A DNA stretch of 64,000 nucleotides, taken from a virus. The notes below the pieces were generated by a model. It was not told the DNA's origin. It made no database searches and saw only the letters and a list, made by a program, of their open reading frames with translations. The stretch covers positions 45,774 to 109,773 of IMG/VR virus record IMGVR_UViG_3300022927_000008; one strand, written 5' to 3'. This document shows positions 17,270-26,881 of the stretch, in pieces. Positions within the stretch are counted from its first letter, which is position 1; each line of letters starts with the position of its first letter. A program made the position numbers and the translations under genes.

Positions 17270-17751
17270 TTATTGTCCTTATATTTTTTAGCGGGAATCC
17301 CATACCAAATTTCATCTGCAGGAATATCATTTCTTACTTGGGAATTAGCACCTATAATTGAATTATTTCCAACTGATGTATCAGGCATTAAGGTTACATT
17401 TGCACCAATTAGCACAAAATTACCTATACCTTTTACAATTTTTGTTGAATTTTCTTCAAGGTTTGGAGTGTCGGTTAATACAAACCCATATTTAATTACA
17501 CAATTTTTCCCAATAGTAGCGTTTGCTGAGATTGTGCATCTGCTTCCCATAGAGGTTCTATCACCCACTACGACGTTATTTCTAATTTCACAATAAGCAG
17601 TAAATGAACAATTCTTACCAATCTTCGCACCAGTCCTCACAATGCAAAACGGACCAATTTTAGTGTTATCACCAATTTCTACACCATCTTCTATTAGTGC
17701 TAGGGGATGAATTTCTACATTTTTACCTATTTTTGATTTGTTTGATATCAT
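17266..17751 (-). CDS. hexapeptide-repeat sugar N-acetyltransferase
   Basis: IG repeats and GIPAK C-terminus. Confidence 0.85.
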   Translation of the reverse strand: MISNKSKIGKNVEIHPLALIEDGVEIGDNTKIGPFCIVRTGAKIGKNCSFTAYCEIRNNVVVGDRTSMGSRCTISANATIGKNCVIKYGFVLTDTPNLEENSTKIVKGIGNFVLIGANVTLMPDTSVGNNSIIGANSQVRNDIPADEIWYGIPAKKYKDNK

Positions 17752-18377
17752 TTCTTATATATTTCAAATTTACTTAAATCGGGATAAGGTAGTTCCAAAT
17801 CTTCATTGTGTTTCTTACCACCACCCATTTCATAGAATTGTCCCATAAGTAACAACCCCCTAGCTGCAAGTTCCGGCATCATGTAAAAGTTCCAACCTAA
17901 CATATCAAAGTTATCTTCGTGATATGAACATTCTCTTCTTCCACTATATCTAGCTCTTTTAAACCATAAATAAGCCTCATGTGAGTCAGTTAATATAGCA
18001 CCACCTTTAGATAGCTTAAAATGTTTATAAGGTCCAGTGAATGAAATACACATATGTGTGTTAGGTAAATACATGTCTGCTGTAAATCTTAGAGCAGAAT
18101 CCCATACGTTAGAGCCCTCTAATTGGTATGCTCCTTTTATGGTCTTTCCTTTTACAGGTTTAAATTTAACTTTCCCCCCAGCATGAATAATTTCACAAGG
18201 GACTGATGGGTAGGTTCTAGAAGGAATAGTAATTTCTTTTCCTTCTATATTTTCATACTTTAAAGCTAAAAATAAAGCATTAGAAGCATTATCTACCGTA
18301 ATAGCATACCTTGCTCCTGTATAATCTGCGAGTTTGGCTTCAAACTCTTCAGTAATTTTATATATCCCGTTGGCCAT
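17748..18377 (-). CDS. DegT/DnrJ/EryC1/StrS-family aminotransferase, short form
   Basis: FEAKLADY, NASNAL, DSA, SFTGPYK, GGAIL, GWNFYM. Confidence 0.85.
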   Translation of the reverse strand: MANGIYKITEEFEAKLADYTGARYAITVDNASNALFLALKYENIEGKEITIPSRTYPSVPCEIIHAGGKVKFKPVKGKTIKGAYQLEGSNVWDSALRFTADMYLPNTHMCISFTGPYKHFKLSKGGAILTDSHEAYLWFKRARYSGRRECSYHEDNFDMLGWNFYMMPELAARGLLLMGQFYEMGGGKKHNEDLELPYPDLSKFEIYKK

Positions 18378-18379
18378 TT

Positions 18380-19009
18380 TTAATATTTAACTTTAATTAT
18401 AAATTCGTTGCTTAACTCTTTAGAAGCAGGTTTAGCTTTAAATTCATTTTTTAAAGTTCCAATTATTTCATAATTGGGGTCTAACTCTTTTACTATATGA
18501 TCTACAGCTGGTTTTACTTCAGGGGAGTGTTTAAAATCTAAGTAATCATCAAATATAATATAGCCTCCTACAGGAACTAAATCTTTATAGTTATAAAAAT
18601 CATCAATTACAGCTTGATAACTATGATCCCCATCAATAAACAAAAGATCAATTACAGGGAATTTATTTTTTACAATATTAATAGTAGAAAGATTACGAGA
18701 ACTACCTTTAAAGTATTCCCAAGTATTATGTTCCTTTTTATATTTAGCTACATTTGCTTTAGCTATTTCTGGGGGGATGGGGCTTCCTATATCAATAGAT
18801 AAGCAATTGGTAGGATAGGGGTGGGAGGTCATTAAACATGCTGACCCTCCAGCAAAACATCCTATTTCAACATAATTAATAGAATCTTTCCCTAAAAAAG
18901 TTCTTAAATCGTATAATATATGATAATGATGATGGAAAGTATGACTCTCCATATTATTTGAAATAAATTCAACTAATTCTTTAGACTCTTGAGTAATTAT
19001 TTGTTGCAT
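18380..19009 (-). CDS. class I SAM methyltransferase (Methyltransf_24-like)
   Basis: VEIGCFAGGS, LFIDGDHSY, GGYIIFDDY. Confidence 0.9.
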   Translation of the reverse strand: MQQIITQESKELVEFISNNMESHTFHHHYHILYDLRTFLGKDSINYVEIGCFAGGSACLMTSHPYPTNCLSIDIGSPIPPEIAKANVAKYKKEHNTWEYFKGSSRNLSTINIVKNKFPVIDLLFIDGDHSYQAVIDDFYNYKDLVPVGGYIIFDDYLDFKHSPEVKPAVDHIVKELDPNYEIIGTLKNEFKAKPASKELSNEFIIKVKY

Positions 19010-19920
19010 AACTCTTTATTATTATTAAAGGGACACCATTCACATAATTTAGATACAATTTTTGGGTGCTCCACGTTTAAATGTTTCCCTTCAGAAGAAA
19101 AACACTCAGTAATAAACTCATCTAATATACGGTCTGCTTTTTTAAGTTTATTTCTACCTGCAGCGGGTCTATGTTGTTGTACTCTATGAATTGGGTAATC
19201 ACTATTTTCCCATATTTTTCTACGCACAATAAAGAATTCCACTTCTATATTTTCAAGCGGGATACCATATTGTTCATTAAAGAACTTCTTATAAAGCACA
19301 AGCTGCATTTGCTTGTTTTCGTCTTTTTTAGCTGTATCGTTCCATCCCCTAGTAGACGTTTTTATATCGTATACATAAAATTTGTTTGTGGGTTCATGGT
19401 ATAATACGAGGTCAATAAAACCTTTGTATACTAAATTTCTACCAACGTTCATTACAATTGGTAACTCGATTCCTGCTAGATGCCAACCACGATTACCAAA
19501 GTATTGTTTACGTTTTTTCTTAAGAAAGTCAAGTATTGCTACACCATCTTCAAAAAACTCTCGTAGTTCTTCTGGGGAGGAATAATGGGTGTCTTTATTT
19601 TGTTTGTATCCTTCTTTATACAATCCTATAAATTTTTCTTGAAATAACTCCTCTAAATTCATAGCATCTGCTTTTACCCCTGACTGTTCATATAATACAG
19701 TAAGCCAATCTTGGATTACTTCATGCATTGCCGTACCAAAAGTAAAATGGATAGATTGTTCATTTTGATAGTGTCCATCTTTGTACTGGAGTGCCCACTT
19801 GTGTGGGCAACTCCTGTACATAGACATTTGCGAATAAGAAATTGTCTTTTGGTAAGCATAATTTACCTCAGGCAATTCTTTATTCTGTATCTCCTTGAGT
19901 ATTTGGGGCTTCTTGGCCAT
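18997..19920 (-). CDS. PD-(D/E)XK RecB/Cas4-like exonuclease
   Basis: SYSQ...CP, GTAMH, GFID, DIKT, QL and CEWCPF...C Fe-S cysteines. Confidence 0.9.
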   Translation of the reverse strand: MAKKPQILKEIQNKELPEVNYAYQKTISYSQMSMYRSCPHKWALQYKDGHYQNEQSIHFTFGTAMHEVIQDWLTVLYEQSGVKADAMNLEELFQEKFIGLYKEGYKQNKDTHYSSPEELREFFEDGVAILDFLKKKRKQYFGNRGWHLAGIELPIVMNVGRNLVYKGFIDLVLYHEPTNKFYVYDIKTSTRGWNDTAKKDENKQMQLVLYKKFFNEQYGIPLENIEVEFFIVRRKIWENSDYPIHRVQQHRPAAGRNKLKKADRILDEFITECFSSEGKHLNVEHPKIVSKLCEWCPFNNNKELCNK

Positions 19921-20095
19921 ATATTTTTTCTAATTTCTCTAAATAAAGTATGGCATCCATTAACTCTTCTTTCATATGAGTGACCCATTCGGGGAATTGT
20001 AGATCTCCTCGATCCATGTTAACTCCATACTTTTGTTCACCCATTTTAGAACGGGTTTCAAATTGTTTAATTACTGAGGTAACTATGCTATCCAT
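19880..20095 (-). CDS. small conserved phage protein, MazG-like helix motif
   Basis: KYG...EELMDAILYLEK. Confidence 0.65.
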   Translation of the reverse strand: MDSIVTSVIKQFETRSKMGEQKYGVNMDRGDLQFPEWVTHMKEELMDAILYLEKLEKIYGQEAPNTQGDTE

Positions 20096-20505
20096 TACTT
20101 AAATAATTCTTTAATTTCGTCTTTTTGTAAGCCCTGTTGTTGTAGTGCTTCCTTAATATACTTTTTATCAAGTATGTTTATCCAATCTACTGCTTGAGCG
20201 GTAGAAACTTCATAGAGGGAAGCAATTGTTTCCACTAATTTTTTATTGGGTTGTTTCATACTTGATTTAATGTATTTTAACCAAACATTTTGTTTAGGGA
20301 GTAAACCACAATACACTGTATAGTATTTTTTCTTATCAGTGTAAGGTATGGTTTGAACATAATTTACCAACTCAACAAAGGGTTGGTGCATAGATAAAAA
20401 ACGATTAACCATATAAGGATTAAAGGACTCCCTCTCTTTATCCGAGAAGGAGTCCCAATCTCGTTTCTTACCTGTTAACTCTTTGAGCCAATCAAAAAGT
20501 GTCAT
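20095..20505 (-). CDS. clamp loader small subunit (gp62-like)
   Basis: FNPYMVNRFLS motif; near the clamp loader ATPase. Confidence 0.75.
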   Translation of the reverse strand: MTLFDWLKELTGKKRDWDSFSDKERESFNPYMVNRFLSMHQPFVELVNYVQTIPYTDKKKYYTVYCGLLPKQNVWLKYIKSSMKQPNKKLVETIASLYEVSTAQAVDWINILDKKYIKEALQQQGLQKDEIKELFK

Positions 20506-20734
20506 ACTCGTCTCTCAATTCAGATGGGAGAGTTTCCGAGTAAATTTTTCCTGTGGCCCCATCATAAAATACTGGAATGGGGAGGACAGCATCCTCACCA
20601 CCTGTAATAAAACGGGATACTTTACGCAAGACAAATCCTTGCTTAAATATTTGGTCCCCATTTTCAGTAGTGATTGAGGTAGTTTTGCTCAAATCAAGTT
20701 GTGGTTGTTGAGCTGTCATTTCTGATTTCTTCAT
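20492..20734 (-). CDS. hypothetical protein
   Basis: 80-aa co-directional ORF. Confidence 0.65.
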   Translation of the reverse strand: MKKSEMTAQQPQLDLSKTTSITTENGDQIFKQGFVLRKVSRFITGGEDAVLPIPVFYDGATGKIYSETLPSELRDEYDTF

Positions 20735-20924
20735 AGTTTATTGTTTTAATTTCGTTGCAAAAATAATATAATTCTTCTTTTTTAAGCACTGTGTCACAAT
20801 GCCAGTATTGTTTTAATATGTTAGGATCTATTTTATCAGTAACCTTAGCGGTACGATACAATAGAAACATTCGTTCTCCAAATTCAAATATGTCTTTATA
20901 TAACAACTTTACCAGAGATTTCAA
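20694..20924 (-). CDS. hypothetical protein
   Basis: 76-aa co-directional ORF. Confidence 0.55.
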   Translation of the reverse strand: MKSLVKLLYKDIFEFGERMFLLYRTAKVTDKIDPNILKQYWHCDTVLKKEELYYFCNEIKTINYEEIRNDSSTTTT

Positions 20925-21816
20925 GTAGTTTAGAAATACATGCCATTATGTTAATTTCCTTATCAATTCGGAAATTTGAATGGTACATATATTCTTCAAT
21001 AATAATAATTGCTTCTGCAGGACGTGATGTGTATTCGTCCATACGCTCATATAAAGCTTTATATAGCGCTTCAAAATCATTTACATTGGAATCTGCAATT
21101 ACTTGTCGAATTTGTTTAAATGAATTTGGATTAACCAATAATTCAATAACTTTATCAACATAATTGGATGATACAAGTGTTTGTTTATCTAATACAAGCT
21201 CACCATCTTTAGTAGACATTTGGCATACGTTAAGCATTTTACGTACATCTGGGTAATATTGGTTTACAAGATCTTTAAGATGGTCAGTGCTATGTTGTAC
21301 ATTCTCTTTAGATAAGATATTAAAAAGGTGTGCAGCAACAGCACCTTTAGTTGGGGGTACAATTTTAAGTACTTGGCAACGTGACTGTAGAGGATCAATA
21401 ATACGCTCTACGTAATTACAAGTTAATATAAACCTTGTACTTTTAGAGAACGTTTCAATGACATTGCGGAGAGAAGCTTGTGCCTGGATAGTAAGAAAAT
21501 CAGCCTCATCCAGAATAACCACTTTAAGTGGTTTAAACGACATTGTGCTAGCAAACCCCGATACTTTATCCCTAATTGTTTCAATACCTCTTTCATCGCT
21601 GGCATTAATATAAAGGTGCTCACAATCAAGATTCTTAACCAAAAGTTTGGCGAGTGTAGTTTTTCCTGTACCAGCGGGTCCATAGAAGATTAGATTTTGT
21701 ATATCGTTCTCTTCTAAATATCGTTTAACAATATTTTTTAGATGCTCATTGCCTACATAATTTTCAAGTACATTGGGCCGATACTTTTCTACCCATAAAC
21801 TATTATTAATAGCCAT
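20896..21816 (-). CDS. clamp loader AAA+ subunit (gp44/RFC-like)
   Basis: WVEKYRP, GPAGTGKTT, LDEAD, SRC motifs. Confidence 0.95.
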   Translation of the reverse strand: MAINNSLWVEKYRPNVLENYVGNEHLKNIVKRYLEENDIQNLIFYGPAGTGKTTLAKLLVKNLDCEHLYINASDERGIETIRDKVSGFASTMSFKPLKVVILDEADFLTIQAQASLRNVIETFSKSTRFILTCNYVERIIDPLQSRCQVLKIVPPTKGAVAAHLFNILSKENVQHSTDHLKDLVNQYYPDVRKMLNVCQMSTKDGELVLDKQTLVSSNYVDKVIELLVNPNSFKQIRQVIADSNVNDFEALYKALYERMDEYTSRPAEAIIIIEEYMYHSNFRIDKEINIMACISKLLEISGKVVI

Positions 21817-22069
21817 CTCCATAAAAATCAAATGTTTTGATTGGTTCCTGTTCTATTTCTACTTCTACTCTATCTACAGCATACAAAGCACTTCCAATAG
21901 GATCTAAATAAAATGCTTTGTTAAATTTAGTTTTTTGAAAATATGCTTCTAATGTGTCTGTAAGTGACTCATAAATAGTACTACTATCACTAGTAAGGGA
22001 CCACCGGTCTCCCGGTGGTACCCTTTTAGCGATTAGTTGCTTTTGCTCTACTGTTTCAAATTCAGCCAT
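21806..22069 (-). CDS. hypothetical protein
   Basis: 87-aa ORF. Confidence 0.7.
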   Translation of the reverse strand: MAEFETVEQKQLIAKRVPPGDRWSLTSDSSTIYESLTDTLEAYFQKTKFNKAFYLDPIGSALYAVDRVEVEIEQEPIKTFDFYGDGY

Positions 22070-22078
22070 TGGCTAAAA

Positions 22079-23704
22079 TTAATACATTCCAGACATAGCT
22101 CCAACCTCATCTTGATTTTCTTGAGGTTTATTAACTACAGTACATTCTGTTAACAAAATAGTACCTGCAATTGAAGCTGCATTTTCGAGAGCACAACGCG
22201 TAACTTTGGTAGGATCAATAATACCTTTTTTAAGGAAATCATCAAACTTACCAGTTTTAATATTGTAACCTATATTAGCATTTTCAGCTGATGTAGTACT
22301 AAATTCGATGCGGGGAGCATCTTCTATACCAGCATTTATAAGGATTTGTCTAAAGGGTTTACGCAGAGCTGCATTCATAATAGCACATCCTAGTTTTTGG
22401 TCATCGTTAGTAGTTTTACACGTTACGTTTTCACTAGAACGAAGCAATGCTACTCCCCCACCAGGTACAATACCTTCTTCAATAGCCGCTTTAGTAGCTT
22501 GAAGAGCATCATCAACTCTATCTTTACGTTCACGCATTTCAGTTTCAGTGTTCCCACCTACATGGACAACAGCTACTCCACCTGTAAGTTTAGCTAAACG
22601 CTCTTGGAGTTTTTCAGTTTCAAAAGGTGAAGTAGAATTTTCAATTTGAGATTGAAGTTGGGCACACAGCCCCTCAATAGCTTCTTCGGTACCTGCACCA
22701 TCAACAAGAGTAGTTGATTCTTTAGTGACAGTAACTGTACGGCACTCACCTAACCAATTTAGGTCAAACTTATCAAGTTTCATACCTTTGTCTTTATCAA
22801 CAACAGTACCACCTGTAAGGGTAGCCATATCATTCATAAGCAAAGTACGACGATCACCAAAATCAGGGGCTTTAACACAGCATACGTTCAAAATACCTCT
22901 CATTTTATTAACAACAAGTGTAGCAAGTGCTTCACCATCAATATCTTCAGCAACAATAAGAAGTGATTTAGCTTGCTGTGATAGATTTTCAAGGAGGGGG
23001 AGCAAATCTTTTACAGTAGTAATTCTACCGTTATAAAAAAGAATAGCTGCATCCTTGAGTACACAACTCATATTGTCATTGTTAGTAACAAAATAAGGTG
23101 ATTTATAGCCCCTATCAAATTGTAGGCCCTCTACTGTTTCAAGGTAGGTTTCACCTGTACGTGACTCTTCAATAGTTACTACACCATCACGTCCAACTTT
23201 TTCCATAGCAGTAGCAATCAACTCACCTACCTCTTCATCATTATTAGCTGAGATAGTAGCTACCTGGCGGAGTTGCTTTTCGCTAGAAATATCTTGAGAT
23301 ATCTCCCTAAGATAATCTACATGGGCTTTAACACATACATCAATACCACGTTTAATCTCTACAATGTTATGTCCCTTATCACTGTAGCGCATACCTGCAT
23401 TTACAATTTCACGGGCCAGCAAAGTAGAAGTGGTAGTACCATCACCTGCTTGTTCAGCAGTTTTAATAGCAGCCTGCTTAACCATTTGAGCACCCGTATT
23501 TTCAACAGTATCCTCAAGTTCAATAGCTTTAGCTACAGTTACTCCATCCTTAGTACTTTGGGGAACACCTTGTTCATTTTGGATAACAACATTACGACCA
23601 TTTGGCCCCAAAGTAGTTACGACTGCATCTGCGAGTTGATTAACCCCACTAATTAATTTTTTACGGGAGTCGTCTCCGTAGTTTACGATAGTTGTTTTAT
23701 TCAT
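22079..23704 (-). CDS. groEL: chaperonin GroEL
   Basis: [29 protein letters not shown] motifs. Confidence 0.98.
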   Translation of the reverse strand: MNKTTIVNYGDDSRKKLISGVNQLADAVVTTLGPNGRNVVIQNEQGVPQSTKDGVTVAKAIELEDTVENTGAQMVKQAAIKTAEQAGDGTTTSTLLAREIVNAGMRYSDKGHNIVEIKRGIDVCVKAHVDYLREISQDISSEKQLRQVATISANNDEEVGELIATAMEKVGRDGVVTIEESRTGETYLETVEGLQFDRGYKSPYFVTNNDNMSCVLKDAAILFYNGRITTVKDLLPLLENLSQQAKSLLIVAEDIDGEALATLVVNKMRGILNVCCVKAPDFGDRRTLLMNDMATLTGGTVVDKDKGMKLDKFDLNWLGECRTVTVTKESTTLVDGAGTEEAIEGLCAQLQSQIENSTSPFETEKLQERLAKLTGGVAVVHVGGNTETEMRERKDRVDDALQATKAAIEEGIVPGGGVALLRSSENVTCKTTNDDQKLGCAIMNAALRKPFRQILINAGIEDAPRIEFSTTSAENANIGYNIKTGKFDDFLKKGIIDPTKVTRCALENAASIAGTILLTECTVVNKPQENQDEVGAMSGMY

Positions 23705-23988
23705 TTTTCAATAATTCCTAAAATTTTATTTTCTTCAATCATGTAGTATTCCTGCCCTTCATAGTCTACTTTAGTAGGACCCATTTGGGGAAGAAGTGCA
23801 ATATCCCCTACTTTTATAGTAGTCTCAATAAAGTGTCCCATACCTGAATAGTAACCAGGACCAACAGATACTACTTCACCTTTAAGGTTTTTTTCTTTGC
23901 CCATATCAGGAACAATAATGCTCCCATGGACACTTTCTTCTTCTTCGATCGGTTTTATAATAACCGCGTTAAATAATGCTTTTACCAT
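23701..23988 (-). CDS. groES: co-chaperonin GroES
   Basis: IIVPD, GEVVSVGPG, KVGD; ATGA-coupled to groEL. Confidence 0.95.
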   Translation of the reverse strand: MVKALFNAVIIKPIEEEESVHGSIIVPDMGKEKNLKGEVVSVGPGYYSGMGHFIETTIKVGDIALLPQMGPTKVDYEGQEYYMIEENKILGIIEK

Positions 23989-24242
23989 TACAAAAAGTGT
24001 TGTTTAAATTCGTTTTTAATATTTCTAAGTTCAATAATATAATCCTTAATACTAGTATAAGAACTTTGTTTCATTTTATTTTCAACAACCTTATTAAGTG
24101 CTGCTTCGAGGCTACTACAATGTCCTATACAGGAATCATAAGGTGTACCACTATCTGGCATGATTGTTTTGTAAACAGAATAGTTGTAATCATCAACTTG
24201 GATGAAATACTCACCGAGGAGTGGGTCTTTAATAAAATTCAT
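23988..24242 (-). CDS. hypothetical protein
   Basis: 84-aa ORF downstream of the promoter at about 24266-24297. Confidence 0.65.
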   Translation of the reverse strand: MNFIKDPLLGEYFIQVDDYNYSVYKTIMPDSGTPYDSCIGHCSSLEAALNKVVENKMKQSSYTSIKDYIIELRNIKNEFKQHFL

Positions 24243-24308
24243 AACTTTGTTTTTTCTAATACGCGGGAATATACGAAAGGATCTTCAGGACACCAACCCT
24301 AAAGTAAA

Positions 24309-24749
24309 TTACTTAATAGTAATTGATTTTGGTTTTGATTCAAGTGCAAACGGGATACTAATTACAAGCAAACCATTTACCATTTCAGCATTAGCTTTAG
24401 CTAGATTAAACCTACGGGAGATTTTCCAACCTAAATTGAAGTTACTTTTTTTAATACCTGAGTGGTAGTAGCGGGTTCCATTTTCTTCAGTTTGGGTTGA
24501 TGGGGTGGGTTTTCCTTTGTCATAGGAAAGTCTAAGAACATCCCCTTCAATGTTAATGTTTACATCTTTTTTATCAATACCCGTACAAGCTACTTCGAGT
24601 GTAAGGCCATTTTGATCTTCAAATACATCAATAGGATGTGTTACTGTGGGTCGACTAGGCTTATCAAATGTACCTTGTGAGTCGAAAAAATTTCTAACTA
24701 GTACATCAAGTGGACTAGTATAATTTTCATTAAATAATACGTGTGTCAT
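24309..24749 (-). CDS. small heat shock protein Hsp20
   Basis: Alpha-crystallin domain, AEMVNGLLVISIP. Confidence 0.9.
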   Translation of the reverse strand: MTHVLFNENYTSPLDVLVRNFFDSQGTFDKPSRPTVTHPIDVFEDQNGLTLEVACTGIDKKDVNINIEGDVLRLSYDKGKPTPSTQTEENGTRYYHSGIKKSNFNLGWKISRRFNLAKANAEMVNGLLVISIPFALESKPKSITIK

Positions 24750-24855
24750 TTTGTTTTGTTTTGTGTCCCCTAAGGTGACGGTTAATAATTATAATAACTA
24801 GGTTGGTGCCCTAAAGTCACCAATAAATATACATAATTTTTAAGAAATTACCAAA

Positions 24856-25191
24856 TTATTTGATAATTCCTGCGCGACGCTGCCATTGGCGCTTTGTCCA
24901 TTCATTTAGATTTTTTTCTTCTTTAAATCTATTATAATCCCTAATAAAATAAGCTTCTGCTTCTTGATCACTAGATTTAACAGGATTAGGTTCAGTTGAA
25001 TCCCACCCTTTATAAAACCCATTATACTCTGATCTTTCAGGGTATGTTTGTGGGGCTTCATTATATAAGAAAGCATCTATGTCTTTATCTTCATTAGGAA
25101 ACTTTCTTTTAAGAAAACCTTCTATGGGACCTATTTTCCAAGTAGGGGTTCCAAATGCCATTTCCCCATACGTTGTTTCTTTTTTTTCCAT
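24856..25191 (-). CDS. hypothetical protein, possible internal head protein
   Basis: C-terminal LNE...WQRRAGIIK; preceded by the ATATTTAT motif. Confidence 0.6.
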   Translation of the reverse strand: MEKKETTYGEMAFGTPTWKIGPIEGFLKRKFPNEDKDIDAFLYNEAPQTYPERSEYNGFYKGWDSTEPNPVKSSDQEAEAYFIRDYNRFKEEKNLNEWTKRQWQRRAGIIK

Positions 25192-25202
25192 GTCAATAAA
25201 TA

Positions 25203-25955
25203 TTAATAATCTGCTTTTCGTACGACAAAGTACATAGAGTCTATATTCTCATCTTCGGATCTAAAGATAAGGCGAAGAAGGCCATCATCCACAAAACTCA
25301 TTTGACATTCATCTGACGTTTTGTTAGCGTTAAATATTTCTCTAAGCATTTCACTACTAAAGGGAATCTTATTATCTTCTCTAACATTATCTTCAAATTT
25401 AGCTGCAACATGAAATTCTACTTTATTTGAGAAATCCATACGTTCACCAAATGTAAATTGAAGTACTGAGTTACCGATAATATCTTGTGTGGGGTTTACT
25501 GTAACAAGCTCGTTTCCTTGAATAGCTCCTGCTGCTCTAATAAACGTTTGGAAGTCTTCATTATCAAAATTAGCTCTAGCTTGCCATTGAACATCTTCAT
25601 TTACCTCACCTACTTTAGGTATCATAAGTGGATCAGCAAGTGAGTAGTTAATAGTAGATTTGGCGTCTTGGATATTAAGTTTAGTAAGTATTGCTTTGGT
25701 TTTTTCAGCATCAAGTACCAAATCACCTGATAGTACATTCAATAGCCTATTAAGTTGAGTTGTGTTAAAGATAGCTAATGTGCCCTCAGTTGTGATAGGA
25801 AATTCCCAAGCAATTACCCTACCAATCATATCCTTAGTAGGAGCCATAAAGTCGATAGTTAAAGTACCTCCTTCAATTTCCCATTTAACGGATTCTACTT
25901 TACCTCCAAGATAATACTTAGAGATAACTGATTGTAATCTATTTTTTGATATCAT
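25203..25955 (-). CDS. sliding clamp (gp45/PCNA-like)
   Basis: 250 aa, immediately after the DNA polymerase; GLLRLIF...YFVV C-terminus. Confidence 0.75.
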   Translation of the reverse strand: MISKNRLQSVISKYYLGGKVESVKWEIEGGTLTIDFMAPTKDMIGRVIAWEFPITTEGTLAIFNTTQLNRLLNVLSGDLVLDAEKTKAILTKLNIQDAKSTINYSLADPLMIPKVGEVNEDVQWQARANFDNEDFQTFIRAAGAIQGNELVTVNPTQDIIGNSVLQFTFGERMDFSNKVEFHVAAKFEDNVREDNKIPFSSEMLREIFNANKTSDECQMSFVDDGLLRLIFRSEDENIDSMYFVVRKADY

Positions 25956-26881
25956 TAGAAACTAAAAAATTTATTTATGTTTGGATTTAAATTTAATGTC
26001 CAGCCTAGGTCATTATAAAACCCTTCCAACTTAGATTGTAGTATAGTTTCAAATGATTTTTTCCTATCAGCATAGTCCTCAAGAAATATACGAAACTTAT
26101 CTGGCATGTCAAAGGTTAAGAAGCCTATTTGTTCAATTTTGTAGGGATTATCTTTTAAATAGACCCATTTGATTTTATCTCCCTGTACTATTCGGCTATG
26201 GTTTTTAATACCCCAAAAGTTAAGCAAATCATTATACTTTACTGCTGCCTTAACATTAACAGGGGCACCTTTTTTAAGTTCAGTCATTACCTCACCTGCT
26301 CTAGGTTTACGAACTACATACTCATTTAGTGTTTTTACAGAGGTAGGATTGCCAAGTTTAGCTATATCTAAATCTTTAGACATAACATGATTCCTAAAAT
26401 CTAAAATTAACTTATCAATATGTTTTTGATCTGCTCCTTTTAGAATTTGCTCTAAGATATCATTAAAGAAATCTCCAAATATAGGAGGAAAGTTAGCTTT
26501 TTTAAACTCAAGTCCTTTAACATCTAGTGATTCTTTAGCTATACCCTCTTGTTTAGTTATCCACTGAGCATATCTACGAGTTGCTCTAAAATAAGCAGAA
26601 CGGATAACGCACTCTGTTTTCATTTCAAGTCGATGTGTACCGACATTGAAGCAGTCCCTAGCCAACTCATCATAATGAGAAGTAATGATGTCCTGATACT
26701 TAAGTGCGATTTGTTCAAGTAGGTTGTCTTTTTCTTCATCAGTTTTACTTTCAAAATCTGGGTAGAGATGTAGTAAGAGGGGTTCAGCGTTAAAGTAATT
26801 TGAGTCTGTGTCTACATAAGCACAGAAATTTTTATCTCCTTCGTCACATATCCACCAAGGTGTTTCTTCTAAGTGTATCAT
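25955..26881 (-). CDS. family B DNA polymerase, C-terminal subunit (motif C, thumb)
   Basis: YVDTDS, RRYA, VKGLE. Confidence 0.92.
   Translation of the reverse strand: MIHLEETPWWICDEGDKNFCAYVDTDSNYFNAEPLLLHLYPDFESKTDEEKDNLLEQIALKYQDIITSHYDELARDCFNVGTHRLEMKTECVIRSAYFRATRRYAQWITKQEGIAKESLDVKGLEFKKANFPPIFGDFFNDILEQILKGADQKHIDKLILDFRNHVMSKDLDIAKLGNPTSVKTLNEYVVRKPRAGEVMTELKKGAPVNVKAAVKYNDLLNFWGIKNHSRIVQGDKIKWVYLKDNPYKIEQIGFLTFDMPDKFRIFLEDYADRKKSFETILQSKLEGFYNDLGWTLNLNPNINKFFSF

Noticed and set aside
18997-19920. Cas4-like nuclease as evidence of a CRISPR-Cas system
   Set aside because: Stand-alone RecB/Cas4-like exonucleases are common in phages; no array or other cas gene in the window.
24765-24821. 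CIRCE operator near the chaperone genes
   Set aside because: Does not match TTAGCACTC-N9-GAGTGCTAA.
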